A stretch of DNA of 64,000 bases from NCBI GenBank assembly GCA_015069395.1, contig SVIR01000005.1:4788-68787 (forward strand). The letters run 5' to 3'. The notes below the pieces were generated by a model. That model was not told the DNA's origin. It did no database searches and saw nothing but the letters and a program-made list of their open reading frames with translations. Made by a program: the position numbers and the translations under genes. This DNA is from Clostridiales bacterium (GTDB lineage Bacteria; Bacillota; Clostridia; Christensenellales; UBA1242). Of the stretch, positions 9,678 through 19,334 are shown piece by piece (positions within the stretch are counted from its first letter, which is position 1; each line of letters opens with the position of its first letter).

Positions 9678-9691
9678 ACTTAAATAAAAAA

Positions 9692-10801
9692 TTAAATCTT
9701 ACTTTTTCTACTCTGTCTAGCGACTGAAAGCGCAATGCCTACAGCACCCATAAAAACAGCAACAGACGTTCCTCCACTTGAAATAAATGGCAGTGGCAAG
9801 CCTGTTGGAGGAATACTGCCTGTCACAACAGCAACATTCAACAACATTTGAACTCCTATTACCAAAGCAACTCCACAAGCCAACAAACATCCGAACCTAT
9901 CCTTTGCGTTTAGACCGATTTTAAAGAGTAATATTACCAAAATCGCATAAACCAACAGAAGTCCAACACAACCGACAAAGCCAATTTCTTCTCCAATAAT
10001 TGAAAAAATAAAGTCTGATTCTGCAAATGGAAGAAAAAGATACTTTTGTCTTGATTGAAACAATCCAACTCCAAACCAACCTCCATTTCCTAGACTATAA
10101 AGAGATTGAATCAGTTGAAACCCCTCGCCTTGTGGAGATGCCCAAGGATCTATAAAAGCAAAAAGTCTTTTCAAGCGATAGGGTTCTGCCAATATTAAAA
10201 CGGGTACTGCTACAACAGCACAACAAGAAAACAAAATGGTATGTTTTTTGCTCATTCCTCCTATTATGAGCATAAACAAAGTAACTATAGCAATACACAT
10301 CGTAACCGACATACTCGGCTCGATAATTACAAGCACGCACAAGAGTCCAGCCACACAAAGAGGAGGAAGCAAACCCTTAAAAGTTTTTATTTTGTCGTGG
10401 TTGTCCGAAAGATAACAAGCCAAAAACAAGACCAGCGCAAACTTTGCAATTTCTGATGGTTGAATGGAAATTCCAAAAAAACTCACCCATCGGTTTGCCC
10501 CATAGCTTTGAACTCCAAATCCTGGCACAAAAACCAAAACAAGCAAAATTACACTAATTGCCAAAATCCAATATTTAAACTTTTTGAGAATATGGTAATC
10601 TAAAAAATAGAAAAAAAACAATGCGAATATGCCTAAAACAACTCCAAAAAGTTGTTTAAACAAAAAGAAATATTCGTTCCCATATCGATATTCTGCCGAA
10701 TAACTACTTGCACTGTAAACCATCAAACATCCAAAAGCCACGAGAAAAAAAACCACAAGCACGGTCCAGATTTCTTTTCTTCTTAAACTGCTTATTCTCA
10801 T
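9692..10801 (-). CDS. ftsW: SEDS-family peptidoglycan glycosyltransferase FtsW/SpoVE
   Basis: 369 aa, polytopic. Motifs QPSEIAKFALVLFLA and PTGLPLPFISSGGTS. Sits downstream of murD with a 4-nt overlap. Confidence 0.88.
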   Translation of the reverse strand: MRISSLRRKEIWTVLVVFFLVAFGCLMVYSASSYSAEYRYGNEYFFLFKQLFGVVLGIFALFFFYFLDYHILKKFKYWILAISVILLVLVFVPGFGVQSYGANRWVSFFGISIQPSEIAKFALVLFLACYLSDNHDKIKTFKGLLPPLCVAGLLCVLVIIEPSMSVTMCIAIVTLFMLIIGGMSKKHTILFSCCAVVAVPVLILAEPYRLKRLFAFIDPWASPQGEGFQLIQSLYSLGNGGWFGVGLFQSRQKYLFLPFAESDFIFSIIGEEIGFVGCVGLLLVYAILVILLFKIGLNAKDRFGCLLACGVALVIGVQMLLNVAVVTGSIPPTGLPLPFISSGGTSVAVFMGAVGIALSVARQSRKSKI

Positions 10802-12090
10802 AATTTTTGCCTCAAGACAATTTCTTTAAATTTTTCTCCCCTTTCAACATAAGAAGAAAATTCGTCATAACTTGCACAAGCTGGAGACAGCAAAACATAA
10901 TCTCCTTTGGTGGCAATTTCTTTTGCATATTCTACTGCTTGAGCAAACTTTTCAAAACATTCTGATTGTATATCATATTTTTTAGCACACTCAAAAATTG
11001 TTCTTCCTTCTTTTCCAAAACAAATTAAAGTTTTGATATTATATCTTTTTTCAAAAAGAGGATCGTACTCTATACTCTTTCCCTGACCACCCATAAGCAA
11101 AACAATTTGTTCGTTTTCAAACGCCTGAACACAAGCCAAGGTAGAAGCTAAATTGGTGGCCTTGCTATCGTCTATAAAACAAACTCCATTTATTTCTCCT
11201 AAATTTTGCATACGATGTGAAGCCGGAACAAAGTTTTGTATGGCCAAAGAAATATCTTGTGAAGCGACTTTAAATTTTGAACATATGCTCACACTTGCAA
11301 GTACATTTTCTAAATTTTTTTCACCTTTTAAAAAAATCTCATTTAAACTTAAAATCGGTTTTTTATTTACAAAAATTTGATTATTTTTCACAAAAACACC
11401 TTTTTTTAGTATTTTTTTTGAAAAATACATACATTTTTTATGAAAAAATCTTTTTGCATAAAAATCGTCAAAATTTAAAATTAGCAAATCTTTACTTTTT
11501 ATTTTTTGAGTAATTTTTTGTTTTGTTTTTAAGTATTCTTCAAAATTTCCGTGCCTGTCCAAATGGTCTGGCATAACATTTAAAACACAAGACACATCTG
11601 CTCTAAAATATTTGCTACTTTCAAGTTGAAAATTACTAACCTCACAAACAACCACACAATCTTTTGAAGTTTTTTCAACGACGGCAGAAAATGGCAACCC
11701 AATATTTCCACACAAAAAAACTTTCTTGCCCGAGGCTTTCAAAATTTTATAAACCAACATACTTGTTGTAGTTTTTCCATTTGTGCCAGTAATCGCAATA
11801 ATCTTTCCTTTTGCAAAAAGATAGGCAAGGTCAATTTCTGAAATTATCTCAATTTCTTTTTCTCGAAAATTTTCTAGAAGTTTATTTCCTATGCATTTTA
11901 CACCAGGACTTAAAACAACCAAATCAAACTCTTTTTCTGTTGGATTTCTCTCAAAACCTACATACTCAAAATATCTAATATCGTCGTCATAAAAGCTGAC
12001 ATTGGCACCTTTAGATTTTAAAAGTTTGATTACTGATCTTCCACTGTCGCCAAGACCGTAGACTAACACCTTTTTATTTTTTAATTTCAT
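10798..12090 (-). CDS. murD: UDP-N-acetylmuramoylalanine--D-glutamate ligase
   Basis: VLVYGLGDSGRSV Rossmann N-terminus; ITGTNGKTTT P-loop; position between mraY and ftsW. Confidence 0.9.
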   Translation of the reverse strand: MKLKNKKVLVYGLGDSGRSVIKLLKSKGANVSFYDDDIRYFEYVGFERNPTEKEFDLVVLSPGVKCIGNKLLENFREKEIEIISEIDLAYLFAKGKIIAITGTNGKTTTSMLVYKILKASGKKVFLCGNIGLPFSAVVEKTSKDCVVVCEVSNFQLESSKYFRADVSCVLNVMPDHLDRHGNFEEYLKTKQKITQKIKSKDLLILNFDDFYAKRFFHKKCMYFSKKILKKGVFVKNNQIFVNKKPILSLNEIFLKGEKNLENVLASVSICSKFKVASQDISLAIQNFVPASHRMQNLGEINGVCFIDDSKATNLASTLACVQAFENEQIVLLMGGQGKSIEYDPLFEKRYNIKTLICFGKEGRTIFECAKKYDIQSECFEKFAQAVEYAKEIATKGDYVLLSPACASYDEFSSYVERGEKFKEIVLRQKL

Positions 12091-12145
12091 AAACCACCCT
12101 CATTAAAGTCTATGAGAGATTTTTTTAAATAATACTTTTTGTTGT

Positions 12146-13111
12146 TTAAACAGCATACAAAAGCATAAATATCAAAACTGTCAAACTTACAATAGTTGTT
12201 ACAACCACATAACTTGCAACAATTTTGTTTTCGTGTACTCCTTTTTGCTCAAAATGGTGATGTAGTGGAGCCATAAGAAAGACTCTCTTTTTTGTTTTTT
12301 TAAAATATACCACCTGAATGATATCAGACACAGCAGATAGGACAAACATAATTCCCATAATTGGCAAAAGAAGTTCTAGTCCACTCAAAACAGCAACCCC
12401 TCCTATAAAGCCTCCTAATGCTAACGATCCGGTATCCCCCATAAAGATTTTTGCAGGATAAGAATTAAGAACCAAAAATCCTAAAATTCCACCACAAAGG
12501 CCAAAACATAACATTGCCAAATTGTTTAATTCTGTAGATCCCAACAACGCTAAGATAATTCCAAAAATCAATATATAAACAAGCGACACTCCTCCAGCCA
12601 ACCCATCAAGGCCGTCTGTCAAATTTACACTGTTTGTGGTTGCCACCAACACTAAAACTGTCAAAGGTATCACCCAAAAGGATATATCAATTTTAAAAGA
12701 GAAAAAAGAAAGGGTTGTCCTGCCCGTTAAATATAAATAAACTCCGACTATAAGAGATATGCCTACTTGTCCTATCATTTTTTGATAGGCCCTAAGCCCA
12801 AGATTGTGATGATATCTTACTTTTATAAAATCGTCTAAAAACCCAAGCAACGCATAAGCAATAGTCACTGCTAAACAAAACCAAGCCAAAAAAGAATCTT
12901 CGGCAAACAAAAAACAACTTGCAAACAAAAGAGTCAAGACAAAGACAATTCCTCCCATGGTGGGGGTTCCTTGTTTTGCCGAATGCTTGTCCACATAATG
13001 CAATATAGTTTGTGATGCTTTGAGTTTTTTGCAAAACCAAAGCACCACAGGGGCTACAAGAAGAGAAAATAGCAAACAAAACAGCCCACAAATCAAAAAT
13101 TTAATTGTCAT
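12146..13111 (-). CDS. mraY: phospho-N-acetylmuramoyl-pentapeptide transferase
   Basis: Polytopic. Motifs GTPTMGG, NLTDGLDGLA, MGDTGSLALGG and APLHHHFE. I prefer the ATG at 13111 (MTIKF...), which forms an ATGA overlap with the murE stop. The track start at 13153 would overlap murE by 46 nt. Confidence 0.9.
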   Translation of the reverse strand: MTIKFLICGLFCLLFSLLVAPVVLWFCKKLKASQTILHYVDKHSAKQGTPTMGGIVFVLTLLFASCFLFAEDSFLAWFCLAVTIAYALLGFLDDFIKVRYHHNLGLRAYQKMIGQVGISLIVGVYLYLTGRTTLSFFSFKIDISFWVIPLTVLVLVATTNSVNLTDGLDGLAGGVSLVYILIFGIILALLGSTELNNLAMLCFGLCGGILGFLVLNSYPAKIFMGDTGSLALGGFIGGVAVLSGLELLLPIMGIMFVLSAVSDIIQVVYFKKTKKRVFLMAPLHHHFEQKGVHENKIVASYVVVTTIVSLTVLIFMLLYAV

Positions 13112-14571
13112 AACAATTTCCTTTCGACCTCTTTTTCTTTCTTTTGTTTGCAATAATTATAAACAGCCTCAAAATCATTATACGGAAATTTTGTATGCCC
13201 TATTTCTTGATATTTCTCTGCACCCTTGCCGGCAATTACTACAATATCCCCACTTTGGGCAATATCCAACATCAAACCAATCGCTTTCGCCCTATTTGCT
13301 TCAACAAAATGGTGTTTTGACATTCCTTTTTCAATATCAGCTATAATATCTTTTGAACTTTCACATCTTGGATTGTCGTCTGTCAAACAAACAACGTCTG
13401 CATATTGTTCTGCAATCTCTCCCATTTGAGGTCTTTTTGAAGTGTCTCTATTTCCACCACAGCCAAACACTGTTAAAACACGACCTTGTGTAAGTTCTCT
13501 TGTTGCTTTTAAGACATTTAGGAGCCCATCTGGTGAGTGTGCAAAATCAATAACTGCATATTTATCTCCTACTTTTATAACATTAAACCTGCCCTCAACA
13601 GGATTTATATAATTTAATCCTATTTGAAGTTCATTTCCATCAAGCCCAAGAGACTGACAAATCCCAAGTGCTGCCAATGAGTTATAGACATTATATTGAC
13701 CAATCAAATTTGTGCTAATCGCAAAAATCTCGTCACAAACATTAGCAAAAAATTTAGACCCGTTCAGCCCACAAGAGACATCAATTGCAAAAACATCGCA
13801 AGGATTTTCAAGACCATAAGATACCAACGGCACGTTGCAATTTTCAAACAATTTCCTCGCTCTTGGATCGTCAGCACACACTACACCTTTTTTGATAAAT
13901 TTGCGATCAAAAAAAGATAATTTCACTCTTTCATATTCTTCTATCGTGTTGAAATAATCTAAATGATCTTGAGTTATGTTTGTCAAAACTCCCAATTCAA
14001 AATTTATTCCAGCGACCCTTTTTTGATCAATTGCATGAGCCGAAACCTCCATTACCACAAATTCAACACCGTCTTGACGCATTTCATAAAAAGCTCTATG
14101 CAAAAAATCTGCATCAGGGGTCGTCAACGGACAATCAAATGTTTTGCCATTGTAAAACACTCCACTTGTACCAATTACACCCGTTTTATGACCGTTTCTT
14201 TGCAACATTTGCGCTACAATATGAGAAGTTGACGTCTTTCCATTTGTCCCTGTGATCCCCACTATCCTCAAATCGTCACAAGCCCTATCATAAAAGTTTG
14301 CACAAGCAAGAGAAAAACTTTCTCTTGAATCGTCAACTAAAATAGACTCTTGATAAGGCAAATCAAAATTGCTTACAACAACTTTTGCTCCATTTTTCAA
14401 AGCATCAAGACATCTTGCATTCGCCTTGTTAAAATCATTTGTTAGGCAAAAATAAACCCCATCTTCGCAATCTCTAGAATCTCTACAAACTGCCGAAACA
14501 TCCAAGTTTTCTACATTCTCTTTTCCTCTGTATTTAAAATCGCAATCTCCAAAAATTTTCTTTAAGAGCAT
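13108..14571 (-). CDS. murE: UDP-N-acetylmuramoyl-L-alanyl-D-glutamate--2,6-diaminopimelate ligase
   Basis: ITGTNGKTSTSH P-loop. The DDNPR motif is typical of meso-DAP-adding MurE. Confidence 0.9.
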   Translation of the reverse strand: MLLKKIFGDCDFKYRGKENVENLDVSAVCRDSRDCEDGVYFCLTNDFNKANARCLDALKNGAKVVVSNFDLPYQESILVDDSRESFSLACANFYDRACDDLRIVGITGTNGKTSTSHIVAQMLQRNGHKTGVIGTSGVFYNGKTFDCPLTTPDADFLHRAFYEMRQDGVEFVVMEVSAHAIDQKRVAGINFELGVLTNITQDHLDYFNTIEEYERVKLSFFDRKFIKKGVVCADDPRARKLFENCNVPLVSYGLENPCDVFAIDVSCGLNGSKFFANVCDEIFAISTNLIGQYNVYNSLAALGICQSLGLDGNELQIGLNYINPVEGRFNVIKVGDKYAVIDFAHSPDGLLNVLKATRELTQGRVLTVFGCGGNRDTSKRPQMGEIAEQYADVVCLTDDNPRCESSKDIIADIEKGMSKHHFVEANRAKAIGLMLDIAQSGDIVVIAGKGAEKYQEIGHTKFPYNDFEAVYNYCKQKKEKEVERKLL

Positions 14572-14658
14572 AACCCCTCCTTATTTTTCATTGTAATACC
14601 TCTTTTCAAAAATGTTCTAGCAAAGTCAAAATAAGTGAATTTTTGACATTATTTTCAA

Positions 14659-15747
14659 CTACTTTTTTATCGTCTTAACAGATGCAAAAACTTGAATTGC
14701 TTCACTATCAAAACTTTTTATTAAATGAGACTCCTTTTCATAATTGATTTTTGATTGTTCTATCAAACAGTTGAGCAAGTCTTTAAAGTTTGTATCCTTA
14801 AACAAATAAAAAGCGAGCGACCCCGGGATTGTATTAATTTCGTTTGCATAAAGCACTGAATTTTTCTCGTCATACAAAAAGTCTACTCTTACAACACCTT
14901 GACAATCAAAAAGTTGATAAATCTTTTGCGTAATGGCTTTTATCTTTGCGGCCAACTCTTGTTCTGCTTCTTTTGTTTTGTTGTTTTTGCTTAGATATTT
15001 ATCTTCAAACGTATAAATTTCTTCTTTGTTTTCAACTTCACATACCGACGACAAAAACATTTTTCCTTTATATTCAAAGCAAGCACAATTAAACTCTTTT
15101 AGATTTTCAACCAACTTTTCAACTAAAATTTTATTGTCAAACTCAAACGCTAAAGCAACGGCTGTTTTAAACTCTTCTTTGTTATGACAAACAGAAATGC
15201 CTATGCTGCTCCCCAAATTGCAAGGCTTTACAATTACAGGAAACTCCAATGTAGACTTTATCGAATCTTTTGGTCTTAAAATAAAACAATCTGGTGTATT
15301 TATTCCATTTGCTTTGAATATGTCTTTCATAAAACTTTTATCCATACATAAAGCACTGGATGTGGTCAAAGAGCTAGTTTGAGGCACATAACAACACTTC
15401 AAATATCCTTGAACTGCTCCATCTTCTCCTAAATTTCCGTGACAACAATTTAAAACAGAATCAATTTTCTTTAAAGGTATAAATTTTTTATTTTTTTTAA
15501 CAAACAGAGTACTTTCTCCAACAACAAAAGAAACTCTTTTTTTCTTTTTTGCAAATTTGTGAAAATCTGCATAAATTTTTAAGTCTAGCAAATTTTCTGC
15601 AGTCCACCACTTTCCTGTTTTGTCTATATAAACAAAAACCGAGTCAAATTTATTGCTTAAATTGTTGGCAGCCTGCACCCCTGTAATTACTGAAATATCA
15701 CTTTCGACAGACATTCCTCCAAACAAAACCAAAACCGTTTCTCTCAT
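14659..15747 (-). CDS. ddl: D-alanine--D-alanine ligase
   Basis: LFGGMSVESDISVITG N-terminus with an ATP-grasp C-terminus (VRVDFLYD, ANEINTIPG). I prefer the start at 15747, preceded by AAGGAGAG. Confidence 0.88.
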   Translation of the reverse strand: MRETVLVLFGGMSVESDISVITGVQAANNLSNKFDSVFVYIDKTGKWWTAENLLDLKIYADFHKFAKKKKRVSFVVGESTLFVKKNKKFIPLKKIDSVLNCCHGNLGEDGAVQGYLKCCYVPQTSSLTTSSALCMDKSFMKDIFKANGINTPDCFILRPKDSIKSTLEFPVIVKPCNLGSSIGISVCHNKEEFKTAVALAFEFDNKILVEKLVENLKEFNCACFEYKGKMFLSSVCEVENKEEIYTFEDKYLSKNNKTKEAEQELAAKIKAITQKIYQLFDCQGVVRVDFLYDEKNSVLYANEINTIPGSLAFYLFKDTNFKDLLNCLIEQSKINYEKESHLIKSFDSEAIQVFASVKTIKK

Positions 15748-15798
15748 AAGGCTCTCCTTTATTGTTTTTGTATGTGTATATACATACATTTGACAAAA

Positions 15799-17202
15799 TT
15801 ATCGGTAATTATCCGGCAAATCATTCTCAAACAAAACCACATCCCCCGCCTTCACCACTTTTTTCAAAATTTCCTTTTGTTCTTGTCGAGTGTTTGCGAA
15901 ATATATTTCTCTTCCAAACTCTTTTGCCCCTTCAAAAAGAGCTTCTTTATTTGTTTTATTCATAATCACAAAAATATCTGCGTATTCAAAAATCTTTTTT
16001 CCTATTTTTAAATTTGTTTCATATTGCTCTTTGCCAAGTTCGACTACCCCAGGAGAAACAACTATCTTTCTACCCTCAAAACCTTTCAAAACTTCCAAGG
16101 CTTGACAAAAACCATCGAAGTTGCTGTTGTAAGAGTCGTCAATAACAGTTGCAACATCACTTTTGATAATCTCAAGACGGTGCGCAACTTGTTGGACATT
16201 TTTTATCCCCCTCAAAATATTGTAAACGTTTTCCCCTAGCAAATATGCCATTGTTGATGCTACAACTATATTGTCAATATTTGCTTGCCCCAAAAGTTTT
16301 GTCTTGCAATGAAAAACCTTTTTATCCAACACCATATCAAATTCAGAACCTTCTGAATTTGTTGTTATATTTTTTGCATAAGCAAAACTTCCATTATCAC
16401 AAACCAAAAACTTTTTTCGTTCAAACCTTTCAAAAAGACTTTTAGTAGATTTGTTTGTTCCATTAAAAACTACAAACTGTTTGGCACTTTCACACAATTC
16501 AAATTTTGTAGATTCTATATTTTCAATTGTTCCAAAGGTCTCTAAATGACATTTTCCTATCGGAGTTATTATTCCAAAATCAACCCCAACAAAATCAGCC
16601 AAAAATTTTATATCCCCTTTATGCCTTGCCCCCAACTCTACGACAAAAATATCGTCCGTTTCTTTCAAGTTTTCTAAAATCGTTTTGCAGACTCCCATTG
16701 GAGTATTAAAACTTTTTGGAGTTGCACAAACATCAAACTCTTCGCTTAAAATTTGATATAAAATATTTTTGGTAGTAGTCTTTCCAAAACTGCCCGTAAT
16801 GGCAATCTTTTTGCACTTCATTTTTGCAAGTTTATTTTTGGCTTTTTTTATAAATTGTTTTTTTATAAATTCTTCAAAAGGCATAGCAATTAAAAACGAC
16901 AATACTATTTCAATAGGTCTGATAAAAATAAATATAACAACAATTAAAATAACAAAAGCATTGTTTAAAGAGTAAAAAATCAAAAAAAACAACCAAAAAT
17001 TAAGAAAAAAATCAAGAAATATCAATCTTTTTATTCTTTTTGTATAATTCAGCCTGTTTTTATCGAAAGACACAAACTGAAATTTTACTATTTTTTTTAT
17101 ATAATTTTTTAGTTTGTATCCTTCAAGTTGAAAAGATTTTAAGAAAAATAATCCTACAACGCTTGAGACAAACGTCAACAAAAAACTATAAAGTGCATAC
17201 AT
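15799..17202 (-). CDS. murF: UDP-MurNAc-tripeptide--D-Ala-D-Ala ligase with an atypical N-terminal membrane domain
   Basis: ITGSFGKTTTKN P-loop, IDDSYNSN, VSPGVVELGKE. The first ~130 aa are three or more hydrophobic helices (LYSFLLTFVSSVVGLFFL, FLNFWLFFLIFYSL, VILIVVIFIFI). I prefer the ATG at 17202 (GGAG upstream); the track start is 17217. Confidence 0.8.
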   Translation of the reverse strand: MYALYSFLLTFVSSVVGLFFLKSFQLEGYKLKNYIKKIVKFQFVSFDKNRLNYTKRIKRLIFLDFFLNFWLFFLIFYSLNNAFVILIVVIFIFIRPIEIVLSFLIAMPFEEFIKKQFIKKAKNKLAKMKCKKIAITGSFGKTTTKNILYQILSEEFDVCATPKSFNTPMGVCKTILENLKETDDIFVVELGARHKGDIKFLADFVGVDFGIITPIGKCHLETFGTIENIESTKFELCESAKQFVVFNGTNKSTKSLFERFERKKFLVCDNGSFAYAKNITTNSEGSEFDMVLDKKVFHCKTKLLGQANIDNIVVASTMAYLLGENVYNILRGIKNVQQVAHRLEIIKSDVATVIDDSYNSNFDGFCQALEVLKGFEGRKIVVSPGVVELGKEQYETNLKIGKKIFEYADIFVIMNKTNKEALFEGAKEFGREIYFANTRQEQKEILKKVVKAGDVVLFENDLPDNYR

Positions 17203-17926
17203 AATTTTCTCCGACATTTAAAAATTTTTCCAAGAGCATAACAAACTCAAACTTTCTGTCCAAGAAGCAAAAGTGTCCGGCATCTTTCAATATGACCAAC
17301 TCTGAATTTTTAATTTTTCTATGCAATTTTCTAGCCATATAAAGAGGAGTGTCCACATCTTTTTCTCCAAAGACAATTAGAGTTTTTGCTTTCACAAAAG
17401 GCAGAAATTCGTCTAAATGTGTATTGACTATGCTTATAAAAACCTTCTTCATTTGAGGACTCAAATTTTTATAATCAGAACTGCCATAATTTGAAATATC
17501 TTTTCCAAGTTTTCTTTTCACTTTGTAATCAAAAACCTTCCAACGATACTTTATTCCTCTCTTGGGTTTTAATCCTGCACTATCAATAAGCATAAGTCTA
17601 TCAACCAACTCTTTTTGGAATACGGAGATAATTATTCCAACTCTTCCACCAAAAGAATGCCCTATCAAATTTATTTTTTTTAATTTCAGGTGTTGACATA
17701 GAGATATGACCATATTTGCATATGTAAAAATTGACCACCCTTCAACCTCTCCACTCTGCCCAAACGGAGGAAAATCTATAAACAAACAACTGTCGAGCAA
17801 AACCTCGTTGCAAAAGAGCAAGCTGTTGTGATCGTTTGCCCAACCATGTAAAAATACATTTACAACGGAACTTTCTTTATCGAAAAATTTATAAAAGATT
17901 TCACAATCCCTATATCTATATTTCAT
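17186..17926 (-). CDS. alpha/beta-fold hydrolase
   Basis: 246 aa. HGWANDH near the N-terminus, nucleophile elbow GHSFGG, C-terminal DAGHF. Confidence 0.7.
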   Translation of the reverse strand: MKYRYRDCEIFYKFFDKESSVVNVFLHGWANDHNSLLFCNEVLLDSCLFIDFPPFGQSGEVEGWSIFTYANMVISLCQHLKLKKINLIGHSFGGRVGIIISVFQKELVDRLMLIDSAGLKPKRGIKYRWKVFDYKVKRKLGKDISNYGSSDYKNLSPQMKKVFISIVNTHLDEFLPFVKAKTLIVFGEKDVDTPLYMARKLHRKIKNSELVILKDAGHFCFLDRKFEFVMLLEKFLNVGENYVCTL

Positions 17927-17935
17927 AAAATCATT

Positions 17936-19219
17936 TTATGAAATAAAATTGTTTTTGTGCAAAATCTCTGGCAGATCGCCAGCCCCGACCACAAGCAAAA
18001 CATTTCCTTTCTTTTTAAAACCTTTAAAGAAGTAAGCTAAATCGTCAAAATTTTCGAAATATTTTGCATTTTTGTTGTATTGTTTCACTAAATCGCACAA
18101 AGCCTCTGCAGACACTCCTTGTTCTTCTTTCTCTCTCGCCGAAAAAGTTTTATAGAAAAGTGGAACTTTACAATCTTTAAAAATCTCTATAAATTCTGCG
18201 AGTAACAATTTTGTTCGTGAATATGTATGAGGTTGAAACAACACAATCACATTTTTGCCAATATAAATTTTCTTTGCTGTTTCAACAGCCTTTCTGATTT
18301 CTGTTGGGTGATGCGCATAATCACATACAACAGCATCAAAAAATTTAGATTCCTTTTTTTGAAAACGTTTTTCGACCCCTCTATATTTTTCAAGCCCAGT
18401 TTTGATATCCCTTTCGCTTACTCCCAATTTTTTACAAGCCTGATAAGCATAAATACAATTTTCAATATTTACTTCCTCACATAGATGCAAGCTTAAATCA
18501 AAGACTTTTCGCTTCTTTTCAAACAATGAAAATTCCAAACCTCCGTTAGCTTTATGCTTGATATTCTTTGCTTCTAATTGCCCATAACTATCAATCACGA
18601 TTTTTGACTGTTTTTTAAATCTTTCAAATGACTTCAATTCATTTTCAAAAGTTCTGAAATAATCTAAATGTTCTTTCTCTATATTTGTAACAATTGAAAT
18701 GTAAGGGGCTAAATACAAAAAGTTGTCACAATATTCACAAGCCTCTGTTACAAAATATTTTTTGCCTCCTAAACAAAAGTTTTTTCCATCTTCTATTCTA
18801 AACCCACCCAAATGCAAACTTGGATTAAGCCCCGCAACTTTCAAGATCTCAAAAATCATTGCTGTAACAGTTGTCTTTCCATGTGCCCCAGCCACAGCAA
18901 TAACTTTCTCATAATCTCTTGAAATCTCTCCCAACAACTTTCCTCGACAGATCATTATCTTGTTTTGTTTTTTTGCCAGTTTAAAAATTGGGTTGTCGTC
19001 TTTAATCGCAGAGGAATAAACAATTAAATCTGCATCTTTTACAGCATCTTCGTTTTGCTCAAAATCTACCTTTATACCTGCCTCTTCCAATTGAGATGTC
19101 GCTTTACTCTTGCGCTCGTCATAACCAGAAACAATCTCACCTTTTTCTTTCAAAAACATAGCCAGGGCAGACATAGAAATTCCACCTATTCCCAACATAT
19201 AATAGTTCATATTCATAAA
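17936..19219 (-). CDS. murC: UDP-N-acetylmuramate--L-alanine ligase
   Basis: MLGIGGISMSALA N-terminal motif; VAGAHGKTTVTAM P-loop. The start is ambiguous (TTG 19231, ATG 19219/19213) and there is no clear SD. Confidence 0.88.
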   Translation of the reverse strand, partial: FMNMNYYMLGIGGISMSALAMFLKEKGEIVSGYDERKSKATSQLEEAGIKVDFEQNEDAVKDADLIVYSSAIKDDNPIFKLAKKQNKIMICRGKLLGEISRDYEKVIAVAGAHGKTTVTAMIFEILKVAGLNPSLHLGGFRIEDGKNFCLGGKKYFVTEACEYCDNFLYLAPYISIVTNIEKEHLDYFRTFENELKSFERFKKQSKIVIDSYGQLEAKNIKHKANGGLEFSLFEKKRKVFDLSLHLCEEVNIENCIYAYQACKKLGVSERDIKTGLEKYRGVEKRFQKKESKFFDAVVCDYAHHPTEIRKAVETAKKIYIGKNVIVLFQPHTYSRTKLLLAEFIEIFKDCKVPLFYKTFSAREKEEQGVSAEALCDLVKQYNKNAKYFENFDDLAYFFKGFKKKGNVLLVVGAGDLPEILHKNNFIS

Positions 19220-19257
19220 TATGCCCAACAAAAATTTTTTGTCTTTTTATCAAAATA

Positions 19258-19287
19258 TTTTGTAATTCCCCTTCGTTGTGATATAAT
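19258..19287 (+). promoter_or_regulatory. candidate promoter of spoVG (extended -10)
   Basis: TGaTATAAT at 19279-19287; a weak -35-like TTGTAA lies about 16 nt upstream. Confidence 0.4.
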
Positions 19288-19334
19288 TATTTTGACCGAC
19301 AAAGGTTAATTTAAAAAAAGGAAGGTATAGAAGC

